A DNA stretch of 64,000 nt, taken from the NCBI GenBank assembly GCA_964474895.1, contig CAYYUK010000001.1:92684-156683 (forward strand), given 5' to 3'. Of the stretch, positions 37,331 to 47,390 are shown in pieces. The notes beneath the pieces are model-generated. The model was given only the letters and a program-made list of their open reading frames with translations. It was not told where the DNA came from and made no database searches. This DNA comes from Candidatus Woesearchaeota archaeon. GTDB lineage: Archaea > Nanobdellota > Nanobdellia > SCGC-AAA011-G17 > PNOQ01. The position numbers were made by a program, and so were the translations under genes. Each line of letters starts with the position of its first letter. The stretch's first letter is position 1.

Positions 37331-38092
37331 CTATCTATATTTGAATAAGAAGATTAGTAATAAAACTACTGCGGCAACCAATCCAAATAAAAGAGCAGTC
37401 AATGAATTTGCAAGGATTAGTAGGGCAGTTGAAAATATTATAAAAGTTATTCCAAATAGATATAATGGTGCAGACCCAAAAAAGATTTTCGTTCCATCTA
37501 ATCCAGCCAAAGGCAACATCGCAAATATTGCTATATAATAAGATATTTTTACTAAATCTGAGAATCCGGGGAAACTGTTAAGGAGCAATGCTACCAAAAT
37601 TACAGCAAGAGGACCTGAAAAATGAATTATTGCAATTTCGAAATCGGTTACTTGCTTGAAGGGTCTTTTCATTCGGGAGAGTTTTATTTCCGAAATTTCA
37701 GAACTTCCGATTGCACAGAATTTTAATAATCCGTTTGAAAATAATGAAATGAGTAATGGAAGAATTATTCCGATTTTTATTGATTTTAATTTCATTCCAA
37801 AAATTCTTAGATTTTCTATTTTTGCTCTTTTAGTAAACCAAAATCTTTTGATACCCCAAATTGTAAATGTAGATTTACAACCATAGTTTTTTGCCACCGA
37901 TTTGTGAACTACTTGATAGATTATTAAAATAATTGCAGAGAGAATAGCTAATCTTAGCCAGTTTGTTAAGCCTGTTGATAGTTCAAATATTTGCCCATAT
38001 CCCCATTGCCTAAAAGAAAACACAAATCCAAGAATTATTGCAGAAACAGCTATTCTTCCAATTTCTCTTTTATCTATTGTTTTTTTGCTCAT
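37331..38092 (-). CDS. Polytopic membrane protein, unknown function
   Basis: ORF with six to seven predicted TM helices. No catalytic motif recognised. Confidence 0.4.
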   Translation of the reverse strand: MSKKTIDKREIGRIAVSAIILGFVFSFRQWGYGQIFELSTGLTNWLRLAILSAIILIIYQVVHKSVAKNYGCKSTFTIWGIKRFWFTKRAKIENLRIFGMKLKSIKIGIILPLLISLFSNGLLKFCAIGSSEISEIKLSRMKRPFKQVTDFEIAIIHFSGPLAVILVALLLNSFPGFSDLVKISYYIAIFAMLPLAGLDGTKIFFGSAPLYLFGITFIIFSTALLILANSLTALLFGLVAAVVLLLIFLFKYR

Positions 38093-38213
38093 CTATAGAA
38101 AAATATCTTGTTCAGATTATATAAGTTTTTTGCCCTGATTTTGTTGTTCCTGCGGGTGTGCTGTAGGCTCGAAAGTTATATAAAGTTGGAGAGACTTCTC
38201 TCCGATATCTTAA

Positions 38214-38510
38214 TTGGAGGAATTTACTATGTTGAAAACGAAGAAGATATCTGAAGTTGTTGGTATGCCTGTTTATAATGATTCTGGAGAGTATTTTGGT
38301 GATGTTGAGGAAGCTTTGATAGCTTCAAATAAAGTGTATGGCTGGAAAATTAGGTCTACTAAAAGATCATATATAAGCAAGGTCATGAGCGGTGCCAAGG
38401 GAGTTATAATCCCTCATAAGTTGGTTAAGTCCGTTGGCGATATAATGATAGTTACAAAAGCAGAAGTTCCTAGTTATGAGGAAAAAGGAACAGACGTGGC
38501 TGTCGAATAA
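38214..38510 (+). CDS. PRC-barrel domain protein (first gene of a 4-gene membrane operon)
   Basis: GGAGG RBS 8 nt upstream. MPVYNDSGEYFGDVEEALIASNKVYGWKI matches PRC-barrel. Confidence 0.5.
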   Translation: MEEFTMLKTKKISEVVGMPVYNDSGEYFGDVEEALIASNKVYGWKIRSTKRSYISKVMSGAKGVIIPHKLVKSVGDIMIVTKAEVPSYEEKGTDVAVE

Positions 38511-38553
38511 AAGCACAAATTTTAAATACTCTTATTTCAACTTAGGGATAATA

Positions 38554-39093
38554 ATGGCTTCTAAATTGCAAGGCACCATCGAATTTTTGAAGGATTTCGG
38601 ATTGTTTGATGTTATTCTTCCTTTCTTACTTGTTTTTGCAGTAGTTTTTGCTGTTTTGGAAAAAACGTCAATTCTTGGTAAGGATAAGAAGAATTTGAAT
38701 TCCATTGTTGCATTGGTTTTGGGGTTGCTTACAATTGCAGCCAACAAAGTTATTATGGCGTTGACTAATGCATTGCCAAATATTGTTTTAATGATTATAA
38801 TCTCATTATCTTTCTTACTGATGATTGGCATCTTTTTGAAAGAGGGAGATCTTGACTTGGAAGAAAAACACAGTGGCTGGTATAAAGCGTTTTCTTTTGT
38901 TATGTTAATTGGAGTTATTTTTATCTTTTTGGGTGCGTGGGTTACAGATAGTGGGATAAGTGTTTTATCTTATATTTTTGCATATATGAACTCTAACTTT
39001 GGTGGAGATTTAATTGGAGGCATTGTTTTAATTGCAGTTGTTGTTGGTGTCATTGCAATTGCTGTTAAGGGTAGCAAGTCAGGTGATGATTAA
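38554..39093 (+). CDS. Paralogous multipass membrane protein 1 of 3 (conserved N-terminal LPFL..FAVLEKT.ILG motif)
   Basis: ATG 38554 is preferred over track start 38476. Five TM helices. The stop overlaps the next start. Confidence 0.5.
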   Translation: MASKLQGTIEFLKDFGLFDVILPFLLVFAVVFAVLEKTSILGKDKKNLNSIVALVLGLLTIAANKVIMALTNALPNIVLMIIISLSFLLMIGIFLKEGDLDLEEKHSGWYKAFSFVMLIGVIFIFLGAWVTDSGISVLSYIFAYMNSNFGGDLIGGIVLIAVVVGVIAIAVKGSKSGDD

Positions 39094-39668
39094 TGGCTTT
39101 AGATTTTAGGTCTCTTTTTCTTGAAATGCAGATGTCTGGCTTTTATGAATATGTTTTACCTTTTTTGATTGTGTTTATTGTAATCTTTGCAGTTTTAGAG
39201 AAAACTTATATTCTGGGTTCAGAAAAAGATAAAAATGGAGAAAGAGTTCCACGAACAAATCTTAATGCCCTTCTTGGTGTTATTTTGGGGTTAGTTTTGT
39301 TGTTGCAACCAGATATAAGATTAGTTGAATATATGAACCTTTATTTATCTAAAATGTCGTTCTTTATTGTATTGGCTGTTATGGCGATGCTTGTAATTGC
39401 CCTGTTTGCTGGGAAAGATGAAGATGGTAAAATGTTTTCTGGCTTTGGTATGCTTTTTGCAGTCATAGTTGCTATTGGTGCTGTTTTGTGGTCCTTGAAT
39501 TCCTCATATGGGGGATATGGGTGGACTTCTTTACCCTATTGGGTTACAGATGAGATTCTTAGTCTTATACTCTTTGTTGTGATAGTTGGCGTAATTATAG
39601 CTACAGTTACTAAGAAAGCATCCAAAGAGGGAAGGGGGGAGAAATTTACTCTTAGGAGTGCACACTAA
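39093..39668 (+). CDS. Paralogous multipass membrane protein 2 of 3
   Basis: YEYVLPFLIVFIVIFAVLEKTYILG. taATGg overlap with the upstream gene. Confidence 0.5.
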   Translation: MALDFRSLFLEMQMSGFYEYVLPFLIVFIVIFAVLEKTYILGSEKDKNGERVPRTNLNALLGVILGLVLLLQPDIRLVEYMNLYLSKMSFFIVLAVMAMLVIALFAGKDEDGKMFSGFGMLFAVIVAIGAVLWSLNSSYGGYGWTSLPYWVTDEILSLILFVVIVGVIIATVTKKASKEGRGEKFTLRSAH

Positions 39669-40168
39669 TGGCAACTTTTTTGGATATTGGGTTGCTTGAA
39701 TATTTTTTACCTCTCTTTAGTTTTGTTTTGATTCTTGTTTTGGTTTATGCTATTTTGCAAAAGACCAAGCTATTAGGTGGTAAAGGTTGGATTGATGTTA
39801 CTGTAGCAGTCATAGTTTCTTTAGTTGCCATGTTTTCGGGATCAGTTTTTGATTTTACAAATATAGTGGTTCCTTGGTTTGTCATTCTGATGGTTGCTGT
39901 TGTGATGTTTGGTTTGGTTGCTTCTTTTTCTTTTGGAAGCGATATAGCAGATATACCAATTTTTAAGTCCCTTGCACTTTGGTTACCTTTGATAATTATA
40001 GTTTGGTCTATTACTGTCGTTTTTGGTCCGGTGTTTACTCCTTATTCTCCTGGGGCTAATTCTGAATGGGAAGCAATGAGAACTCTTTTCCATCCACGTG
40101 TTTTAGGGGCAATAGTTATGATTTTGGTTGTACTTTTTACTACAAAAGTTGTTGTCGAGAATACGTAA
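39668..40168 (+). CDS. Paralogous multipass membrane protein 3 of 3
   Basis: LEYFLPLFSFVLILVLVYAILQKTKLLG. The start overlaps the upstream stop. Confidence 0.5.
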   Translation: MATFLDIGLLEYFLPLFSFVLILVLVYAILQKTKLLGGKGWIDVTVAVIVSLVAMFSGSVFDFTNIVVPWFVILMVAVVMFGLVASFSFGSDIADIPIFKSLALWLPLIIIVWSITVVFGPVFTPYSPGANSEWEAMRTLFHPRVLGAIVMILVVLFTTKVVVENT

Positions 40169-40741
40169 TTATTTTATTTTTTGTGTGACTCTTTCCAAAT
40201 CTTTAATATTTTTTGTTAATGGGGCAATTATATTTCCTAATACTTTTTCTAGTGCTTTTATTTCTGCTCCCAGATCCTGTATTCCTTCACCATATTCAGA
40301 AACTTTTCCAAGAACTGCTTTTTGCAAATTTTCAAATCTGTTTTGTACCCTTAAGATTTCTTGCTTTGTTCCTGCAAGATCTGTGTCCATTTTTTCTTTC
40401 CAAAGTTTTAAATCTCCAAATCCTCTTATTAGTTCATCCCATTTTTCTCCAACTATTGATTCAGCAATTTCTTCTATCATATCATAACTTGCTCTTTCTG
40501 GAGAAGGCTCTTGAAAATTTGTATGTTGAATTGGTTGTGACTGTGATTTGAATGTTGGTTTCATGTGTGAAATATCTCTTACAGGAACTTCTCTTTCTTC
40601 TTTTTGTGCAGGAGCTTCTGTTGGAGAAGGGGCATCTTCTAATCCCGGAGGAATTCCTTCGGGTGTTGATCTTTGATGCACTGCGTTTTTAACATCTAGA
40701 ATTTCTCTATTGTTTTCAAAACCCTCTTTTTGTTTTTCCAT
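40169..40741 (-). CDS. Coiled-coil protein with a disordered Pro/Glu-rich N-terminus
   Basis: The C-terminal ~100 aa form heptad-rich coiled coil (EILRVQNRFENLQKAVLGKV...IKALEKVLGN). Confidence 0.45.
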   Translation of the reverse strand: MEKQKEGFENNREILDVKNAVHQRSTPEGIPPGLEDAPSPTEAPAQKEEREVPVRDISHMKPTFKSQSQPIQHTNFQEPSPERASYDMIEEIAESIVGEKWDELIRGFGDLKLWKEKMDTDLAGTKQEILRVQNRFENLQKAVLGKVSEYGEGIQDLGAEIKALEKVLGNIIAPLTKNIKDLERVTQKIK

Positions 40742-40742
40742 C

Positions 40743-41102
40743 TTATTTTGTTTGATTTTTCTTTATTAGTTCAATTACGTCATCTTCAGTTACAACGTTT
40801 AATGGATTCCACATATTAATATACTTTTCTAAAATTTTTACCTGTTCTTTTTTTGCAAATAGTTTTAATTCATTTATTATGTCTTTCATAGTATTTTTTA
40901 AAAGTTCAATGCTCTCTTTTACTTCTTTTAAATCTTCGTTTACTGATTTTACTTCGATATTAAGAGACTTGTAATGGTCAACCATATTTTGGTTAATCAT
41001 AAGAATTCTTTCTCTGGTTAAGTTGTATTTTCCTTCAAGAATCCTTATTCTGGTGTTTAGGTCATTTAAATCCGCACCCATATTTTGTTGGACAGTATCC
41101 AT
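40743..41102 (-). CDS. Small coiled-coil protein
   Basis: 119 aa, all-helical heptad pattern. Stop is 1 nt from the downstream gene start. Divergent from the pilus ATPase gene. Confidence 0.45.
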   Translation of the reverse strand: MDTVQQNMGADLNDLNTRIRILEGKYNLTRERILMINQNMVDHYKSLNIEVKSVNEDLKEVKESIELLKNTMKDIINELKLFAKKEQVKILEKYINMWNPLNVVTEDDVIELIKKNQTK

Positions 41103-41183
41103 TTTAAACGAAAGTTATTTTAAGATAGGTAATATATAAGACTATGAATATTAAAGGTTATGTTATTTTTTTAAAGTGGTGAT

Positions 41184-43493
41184 ATGATGGGAACTGGAGA
41201 TAGTTTGAAACCTGGTGAGTACGAGCTTATTAGGGAAGGAAAGCAAGAAGTTATGAAAATTAATTTTATTGGTGTTCCTTATTCTCCATCCATTGAAGAT
41301 GATAAGATTACTATGGCGATGGTTGTTGATCGGCTAATTGAAGTTCCAAGCGTTAGCAGAATAATTCTTTCAGCAGATAGAAACTACCAATATGGTATTG
41401 ATCAGATTCAGATGCTAAGGGAGATTGCTAACATTTATATTTATTTAACAAGACAGAAAGGAGTTCTATCTCTTTCATCTTTGGGTACTAGTATGGAATA
41501 TGCCCAAATGTATCCTTCTAGATTTTCAGATATACAATATATTGTCAACAATCTTTTGAAAGGAGATCCAATAGGTGCTTATGTTGAACTTAAGAGAATA
41601 ATGAGGGAACAAAAAATAAGATTAAAAAATGCTAAAGGTCCCTTTGCGGTCCGAGATGAAACCGCATATTTTAAATCACTGACTGAAATTTTTGAGGTTG
41701 TCAATAAGTCTACTTTGATTTCTCAATTGAAGTCTGAATTGGATGGGCATGTTTTGGGTGATAGATCTATTTATTCTAGATCTTTTAGACCAATGATATC
41801 TCCTAATTTTATGTTTACCAGATTAATGGCAAGAGTTCCTGTAGATTCTGATGAAATAGATAATTATTCATTGAATGATGGATCTCAAATAATGATTTTT
41901 GAGCCTTCAGATGGTGTGAATATATTGTACCATTTAGCTCCTCCGGAATTTAATTTACCCGAAGATCATGTTTGGCTTTTGGATCTTGCAAGGGTTGTTA
42001 TGTCCGAACACAAGCCAACTACTGCAGAATTTACAGATCCTATTAGAATAAGACAAACTTTTCTTAATATTGGTAAAGATCTTCTTAATGAGTTGGCAGC
42101 AAGTAAAGGAATCGCATTAAGCTATGAAGAGTCTGGGAAACTCGCTGAAATTTTAATTAGATATACTATTGGTTTTGGATTGATTGAGGTTTTACTTTCT
42201 GATCCAAAGGTACAAGATATTTCAGTAAATGCTCCGATCGGCGAAGCACCAATTTTTATTGTTCATCAAGATTATGGTGAATGTCTAACAAACATAACAC
42301 CTAGTTCAGACGATGGTGAAAGTTGGGCTACCAAATTTAGGATAATGTCTGGTAGGCCTCTTGACGAAGCTAATCCTGTTTTAGATACTGAACTAGTTCT
42401 TTCTAAATTTAGGGCAAGAGTGTCTATTATTACAAGCCCCCTAAATCCTGTTGGTATTGCTTATGCGTTTAGAAGACATAGAGAGAAACCATGGACATTG
42501 CCTTTATTTATAGATAACAATATGATAAGTTCCCTTGGGGCGGGTTTGTTGAGTTTTTTGATTGATGGTTCTAGAACTCTTTTGATTGCAGGTACAAGAA
42601 GTAGTGGTAAAACTTCTTTATTGGGATCCTGTTTGGTTGAGATAATGAGAAAATATAGAATTATTACTGTTGAAGATACATTAGAACTTCCAGTTAGTTC
42701 TATGAGGGGGCTTGGATATAATATTCAACCAATGAAAGTTAGATCTGCTTTGGCTGCAGGAGGTACAGAGTTACCTGCTGAAGAAGGAATAAGAACAAGT
42801 TTAAGATTGGGGGATAGCAGTTTAATTGTTGGTGAGGTAAGAAGTAAAGAAGCTCTTGCATTATATGAGGCAATGAGGGTTGGTGCTTTGGCTAATGTTG
42901 TTGCAGGCACAATTCACGGTGGTAGCCCTTATTCTGTTTTCGATAGGGTTGTGAATGATTTGGGTGTGCCCAAAACTAGTTTCAAGGCCACAGATATAAT
43001 TGTTGTTGCGAATCCAGTTAAGTCTCCTGATGGACTGCATAAGATTAGAAGAGTTACGAGTATAACTGAAGTTAGGAAGGAATGGGAGAACGATCCTTTG
43101 GCAGAAGGAGCGTTTGTTGATCTCATGGTTTATAATCATAAAACAGATCAGCTTGAACCTACAGATAGTTTAATTAATGGAGATTCTGAAATTATAAAAT
43201 CTATTGCAGGTAGTGTAAAAGAGTGGGCAGGAAATTGGGATGCTGCATGGGAGAATATTTTGTTAAGGGCGAAAATAAAAGAAACCCTAGTCGATGTTGC
43301 TAATAAAATAGAGCGGAAGGATTTGCTAGAGGCAGAATTTTCAACAAAAGCGAATGATGTATTTCATAAGCTTTCGGATGAAGTTTTAACTAACTTTGGC
43401 GTTTTAGACAGCGAGAAAATCTTTTTTAGGTGGAATGAATGGTTTAAGAAAGAGATAAAAAAAGAGGTGCCTAATGTCGATATCGAAAGATGA
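41184..43493 (+). CDS. Type IV pilus/archaellum-family assembly ATPase (FlaI/TadA/VirB11-like) with a long N-terminal extension
   Basis: Walker A AGTRSSGKTS. Walker B and Asp box (TVEDTLEL). His box (GTIHGGS). 769 aa. Confidence 0.8.
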   Translation: MMGTGDSLKPGEYELIREGKQEVMKINFIGVPYSPSIEDDKITMAMVVDRLIEVPSVSRIILSADRNYQYGIDQIQMLREIANIYIYLTRQKGVLSLSSLGTSMEYAQMYPSRFSDIQYIVNNLLKGDPIGAYVELKRIMREQKIRLKNAKGPFAVRDETAYFKSLTEIFEVVNKSTLISQLKSELDGHVLGDRSIYSRSFRPMISPNFMFTRLMARVPVDSDEIDNYSLNDGSQIMIFEPSDGVNILYHLAPPEFNLPEDHVWLLDLARVVMSEHKPTTAEFTDPIRIRQTFLNIGKDLLNELAASKGIALSYEESGKLAEILIRYTIGFGLIEVLLSDPKVQDISVNAPIGEAPIFIVHQDYGECLTNITPSSDDGESWATKFRIMSGRPLDEANPVLDTELVLSKFRARVSIITSPLNPVGIAYAFRRHREKPWTLPLFIDNNMISSLGAGLLSFLIDGSRTLLIAGTRSSGKTSLLGSCLVEIMRKYRIITVEDTLELPVSSMRGLGYNIQPMKVRSALAAGGTELPAEEGIRTSLRLGDSSLIVGEVRSKEALALYEAMRVGALANVVAGTIHGGSPYSVFDRVVNDLGVPKTSFKATDIIVVANPVKSPDGLHKIRRVTSITEVRKEWENDPLAEGAFVDLMVYNHKTDQLEPTDSLINGDSEIIKSIAGSVKEWAGNWDAAWENILLRAKIKETLVDVANKIERKDLLEAEFSTKANDVFHKLSDEVLTNFGVLDSEKIFFRWNEWFKKEIKKEVPNVDIER

Positions 43494-45612
43494 GATAGAT
43501 AAAATATTGAAGAAATATCAATCCAGATTGAATAAACAGATGGGTTCTACTGATGTTAAAAACTATCAGCCTAGCTCTGAATTTTCTAGAGAATATACAA
43601 AATTTAAGGAAGAAGCTATGCCTAAACGTTTGAGTGTATATGAAAAACTGTGTAATTTTTCTGAGACAGTAATAAAGGTTAAACCTTCTGACAAGGATGT
43701 AGGACCTTTGCAGGAAAGCATAAGAATTGCTCATTTGAATTTGACTCCAACTGGTGCAGCCAGTTTTTCTTTGTTGTTTGTTTCGTTAGTTGTTTTATTT
43801 TCTTTGTTTGCTGGAGGAGCGTCTTATTTTGTTTCTGGATTCAAAAGTTTTGGAGGACTTCTTTCTGCAATTATTGTTTCGCTAGTTGCAATTTTGTTAA
43901 TTAAACCAATTACAAGATATCCAATTAATATTGCAACCAAATGGAGATTAAAGGCAAGTGATCAAATGGTTCTATGTGTTTTGTATATGGTAATTTATAT
44001 GAGGCACACTTCTAATTTTGAAAATGCAATTAAATTTGCTTCCGAACATGTTGGAGAACCCCTTTCTTTAGATCTTAGGAAAATATTTTGGGATGTTGAA
44101 ACTGGAAAGTATCCTACCTTGAAAGAGTCTTTGGAAACTTATCTCAAATATTGGAGAAAATACAATCTTGAATTCGTTAATGCCATGCATCTTTTGGAAA
44201 GTAGTTTGTATGAACCAAGCGAAGAAAGGAGATTAAGTTTGCTTGACAAATCCTTGGAAGTTATTCTCGAGGGTACATATGATCGGATGTTGAAATATGC
44301 TCATGATTTGCAGAGTCCAATTACGATGTTGCATATGTTGGGTGTTATTTTGCCTATTTTGGGTTTAGTTATCTTTCCACTTATAGGAACTTTTCTTGGT
44401 GGTGTTAAATGGTATTATCTTGCAATTGTGTATAACATTGCTTTACCGTTGATTGTTTATAATGTTGGAGTTAATCTTTTGAATAAAAGGCCTGCAGGTT
44501 ATGGGGAAACTAAATTAGACATCGCTCCTAAAAAAGGAGTTTTAGCAGTTGCTTGGTTTATTTTCCTTGCATTTTTGATTATTGGATTGTTACCTTTCAT
44601 AATTCATTTTATTTCTCCAGGTTTTGATGTTTCTTTATATGGTGATCCAGCAACTGGGGAGAAACTGTTGGATTTTGAGTTGGCAGGAGATAAATATTAT
44701 GGTCCTTTTGGTATGGGTGCTTTAATATTAAGTTTCTTTATTCCTCTTGGATTAGCTTTGTCTCTTTCGATGTATTACAAATCCAAATCTAAAATTGGAA
44801 AGAAGATTAGAGATGAAACTAAAAGGTTAGAAAGCGAATTTTCAACAGGAATCTTTCAATTAGGAACTAGAATTGGTGATGGTGTGCCATCTGAAGTTGC
44901 TTTTGATGATGTTTCGAAAACATTGGAAGGCACGCCTGTTGGCAAATTTTTTAGAATGGTCCATACTAATTTGAGTACTGCTGGAATGAGTTTAAAGAAT
45001 GCAATTTTCAGTAGGGAAAGGGGAGCAATAAAGGATTATCCAAGCCCATTGGTTAAAAGTTCAATGGAAGTTTTAGTTGAAAGCTCTAGGAAAGGTCCAA
45101 AAGTTGTTTCACAATCTTTGTTGAGTATTTCTACTTATGTAAATAATGTTAAGAGAATAAATGAAAGACTGAAAGATCTTCTTGCCGAGATTATTTCTAG
45201 CATGAAGAGTCAAATTAATTTCATGGCCCCTGTTATTGCGGGTATTGTTGTTGGAATAGCGAGTATGATTGTTGGTATAATTTCTAAATTGGGATATATG
45301 TTACAGCAAGTTAATTCCGGTGGCACTGATTTTTCTGTTGATATTGTTAATCTAAGTAGTTTGTTTCAGAAAACTCAAACAATTCCAAGTTATTTTTTCC
45401 AGTTAATTGTTGGGATTTATATCGTTCAGATAATTTATATTTTGACAATTATTTCGAATGGTATAGAACATGGAGCAGATAAATTAAATGAACAGTATAG
45501 TTTGAGTAAGAATTTAAAGAGGGGCTTTTTGTTGTACTTTGTTATTGCAGTTGTTGTTGTTATTCTCTTTAATATGATTGCAGGATCTGTTTTGAGTTCA
45601 ACTCAAATTTAG
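43474..45612 (+). CDS. FlaJ/TadC-like polytopic membrane platform protein
   Basis: 712 aa. Nine to ten TM helices in two blocks with a cytoplasmic domain, as in FlaJ/PilC. Overlaps the ATPase gene by 20 nt. Confidence 0.75.
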   Translation: MSISKDEIDKILKKYQSRLNKQMGSTDVKNYQPSSEFSREYTKFKEEAMPKRLSVYEKLCNFSETVIKVKPSDKDVGPLQESIRIAHLNLTPTGAASFSLLFVSLVVLFSLFAGGASYFVSGFKSFGGLLSAIIVSLVAILLIKPITRYPINIATKWRLKASDQMVLCVLYMVIYMRHTSNFENAIKFASEHVGEPLSLDLRKIFWDVETGKYPTLKESLETYLKYWRKYNLEFVNAMHLLESSLYEPSEERRLSLLDKSLEVILEGTYDRMLKYAHDLQSPITMLHMLGVILPILGLVIFPLIGTFLGGVKWYYLAIVYNIALPLIVYNVGVNLLNKRPAGYGETKLDIAPKKGVLAVAWFIFLAFLIIGLLPFIIHFISPGFDVSLYGDPATGEKLLDFELAGDKYYGPFGMGALILSFFIPLGLALSLSMYYKSKSKIGKKIRDETKRLESEFSTGIFQLGTRIGDGVPSEVAFDDVSKTLEGTPVGKFFRMVHTNLSTAGMSLKNAIFSRERGAIKDYPSPLVKSSMEVLVESSRKGPKVVSQSLLSISTYVNNVKRINERLKDLLAEIISSMKSQINFMAPVIAGIVVGIASMIVGIISKLGYMLQQVNSGGTDFSVDIVNLSSLFQKTQTIPSYFFQLIVGIYIVQIIYILTIISNGIEHGADKLNEQYSLSKNLKRGFLLYFVIAVVVVILFNMIAGSVLSSTQI

Positions 45613-45648
45613 AAATTATTATAAGTTGTAGAATTGAGGGAATTGAAT

Positions 45649-45768
45649 ATGGGAAAGAAAGGTGAGCTAGGTACTTATTTGAAGTATATCTTTATTATAC
45701 TTATAGTGCTTCTGATGATTTATTTGTTTTATAAATCTGTTATGGGGAGGATTGGTAGTTTTGGATAA
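45649..45768 (+). CDS. 39-aa pilin-like peptide (class III signal-like KKGE then hydrophobic helix), below the track cutoff
   Basis: Hand translation gives MGKKGELGTYLKYIFIILIVLLMIYLFYKSVMGRIGSFG. Confidence 0.3.
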   Translation: MGKKGELGTYLKYIFIILIVLLMIYLFYKSVMGRIGSFG

Positions 45769-46573
45769 AAAAGGTTCTACGCTTAAAGTAATTGTATTTG
45801 CGATTATTGCATTAGTTCTGGGGGGGATATTGTATGCTATTGTTGTAAGCTATTTTTCAATAGGTGGAGATAGTGTCGATAGAGAACTGTGCAAAGATAG
45901 TGTTTTGTTACAAGCGAGATCAAAGGTGATCGGTACACCACTTATTGAAGATTTGAGGTGTGGAACAAATGGAATTGAAATAGATGACTTGGATGAGAAT
46001 GAAATTTATTCTGAAATTGCGGGAGAGATGTATGATTGCTGGAAGCAGTTTGGAAAGGGAGATATTGATTTTTTAGATGATCGTGATTGGGGAACTGGAA
46101 ATAATTGGTGCTTTATTTGTTCTAGAATTGATTTTGATGAAAGTGTTCAAGAAAAATATCCTGAAATTGATGGGTTATTTACGTATCTTAAAGATGAGCC
46201 ATTGCCTTTGAAACCCGATGAAACCTTTTTTACTTATATTTATGGAGATGTTTCTGAAGATATAGATCCACAAGAGTTCGATTATCCTTACCCCACTACA
46301 GGGCCCTTTTATGTTGTATTTTTTGGAGATAAGAGGTTTGAAATTTTGGCTTCTGAGTCAAGGGATTTGGTTTCAATAGTTTCTGAGATAGGCGGTTCGA
46401 TTTGGGTAGGGGCGAAAATTGGTTTGAAGTTTGGAAAGGCAGCTGGAGTAAAGGGTGCAATTATTGGGAGTATTGCAGGAGTAGTTCTTCATTATTCTAG
46501 TACGAAAACAGGATATGTTAGTGGATTGTATGTTGGACCTTCTGCTGAAATGATAGAAAGGTGTAGGCAATGA
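45752..46573 (+). CDS. Pilin-like protein (DKKGSTLK then hydrophobic helix). TTG start per the ORF track.
   Basis: N-terminal class III signal-like segment. The remainder is acidic and beta-rich. Confidence 0.45.
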   Translation: MVVLDKKGSTLKVIVFAIIALVLGGILYAIVVSYFSIGGDSVDRELCKDSVLLQARSKVIGTPLIEDLRCGTNGIEIDDLDENEIYSEIAGEMYDCWKQFGKGDIDFLDDRDWGTGNNWCFICSRIDFDESVQEKYPEIDGLFTYLKDEPLPLKPDETFFTYIYGDVSEDIDPQEFDYPYPTTGPFYVVFFGDKRFEILASESRDLVSIVSEIGGSIWVGAKIGLKFGKAAGVKGAIIGSIAGVVLHYSSTKTGYVSGLYVGPSAEMIERCRQ

Positions 46574-46711
46574 AAAGGGGAGAGATTGTTTGGGATAAGT
46601 TAGGGAAGTGGATTTTATTATTAGTACTTTTGATCATTTTATTGATGTTGGCTTATACACAAAAAGAGAATTTCATAAATGCACTTGAGAGTTTGAAAAC
46701 TGCTTTGAGGT

Positions 46712-47335
46712 TTGGAGGCTAAGATGCGAATAGCCATGCCACATATAATTGCAGCAGTTTTAGTAATACTTATTGTGGTAGTTGTTTTATTTTTTACTAC
46801 TCCTGTTTTTAATAAACTTAAAGAGCAGATTGGATTTGGTACTGATTTGAGTGCTGAAGAGACACAGGCACAAATAAAAGCCAGGGAAATCTTTGTTGAT
46901 GGAGTTTATCCTATTTTGGATGATTGTTCAAAAAGTAGGAATGTTAGTTGTTTTTGTACTGATGAAAAGTTTGAATTTCCGACTAGTTACACATTAGATA
47001 TTTATGATGATGGTGGAATGAGGGTCGAACTGATCAATCATTTGGGTGGAAGTGTTGAGGATCGTTTATTATCGGATATTAAGCCTTGTATTGGTTGGAA
47101 AGTTGGTTTTGATTTGTCTGGATTCGGTTATGTTCAGGACGGTAAAGTTACTCTGAGATATAACTATGCTCCTTCTCCTTTGATTGAGTTTTTTGATTTG
47201 GGTGAAGATAAGTTCATAAGTAAACCTTTTGATTTGAGTTACGTTTTCTATAAGCCACGGGAAGGGCATATTTGTGTTTTGACGGAAGAATATGCTTCAG
47301 CTAAGAGGGTTGTTGGTGGGGGTATCTGTGAGTAG
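46712..47335 (+). CDS. Pilin-like or pilus-associated protein
   Basis: N-terminal hydrophobic helix (IIAAVLVILIVVVVLFF). Cys-containing extracellular domain. Confidence 0.4.
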   Translation: MEAKMRIAMPHIIAAVLVILIVVVVLFFTTPVFNKLKEQIGFGTDLSAEETQAQIKAREIFVDGVYPILDDCSKSRNVSCFCTDEKFEFPTSYTLDIYDDGGMRVELINHLGGSVEDRLLSDIKPCIGWKVGFDLSGFGYVQDGKVTLRYNYAPSPLIEFFDLGEDKFISKPFDLSYVFYKPREGHICVLTEEYASAKRVVGGGICE

Positions 47336-47390
47336 TAATCAAAAGATTTAAATAATAAGAATTAAGATTATCAAATAGAGGTGAAGATAT

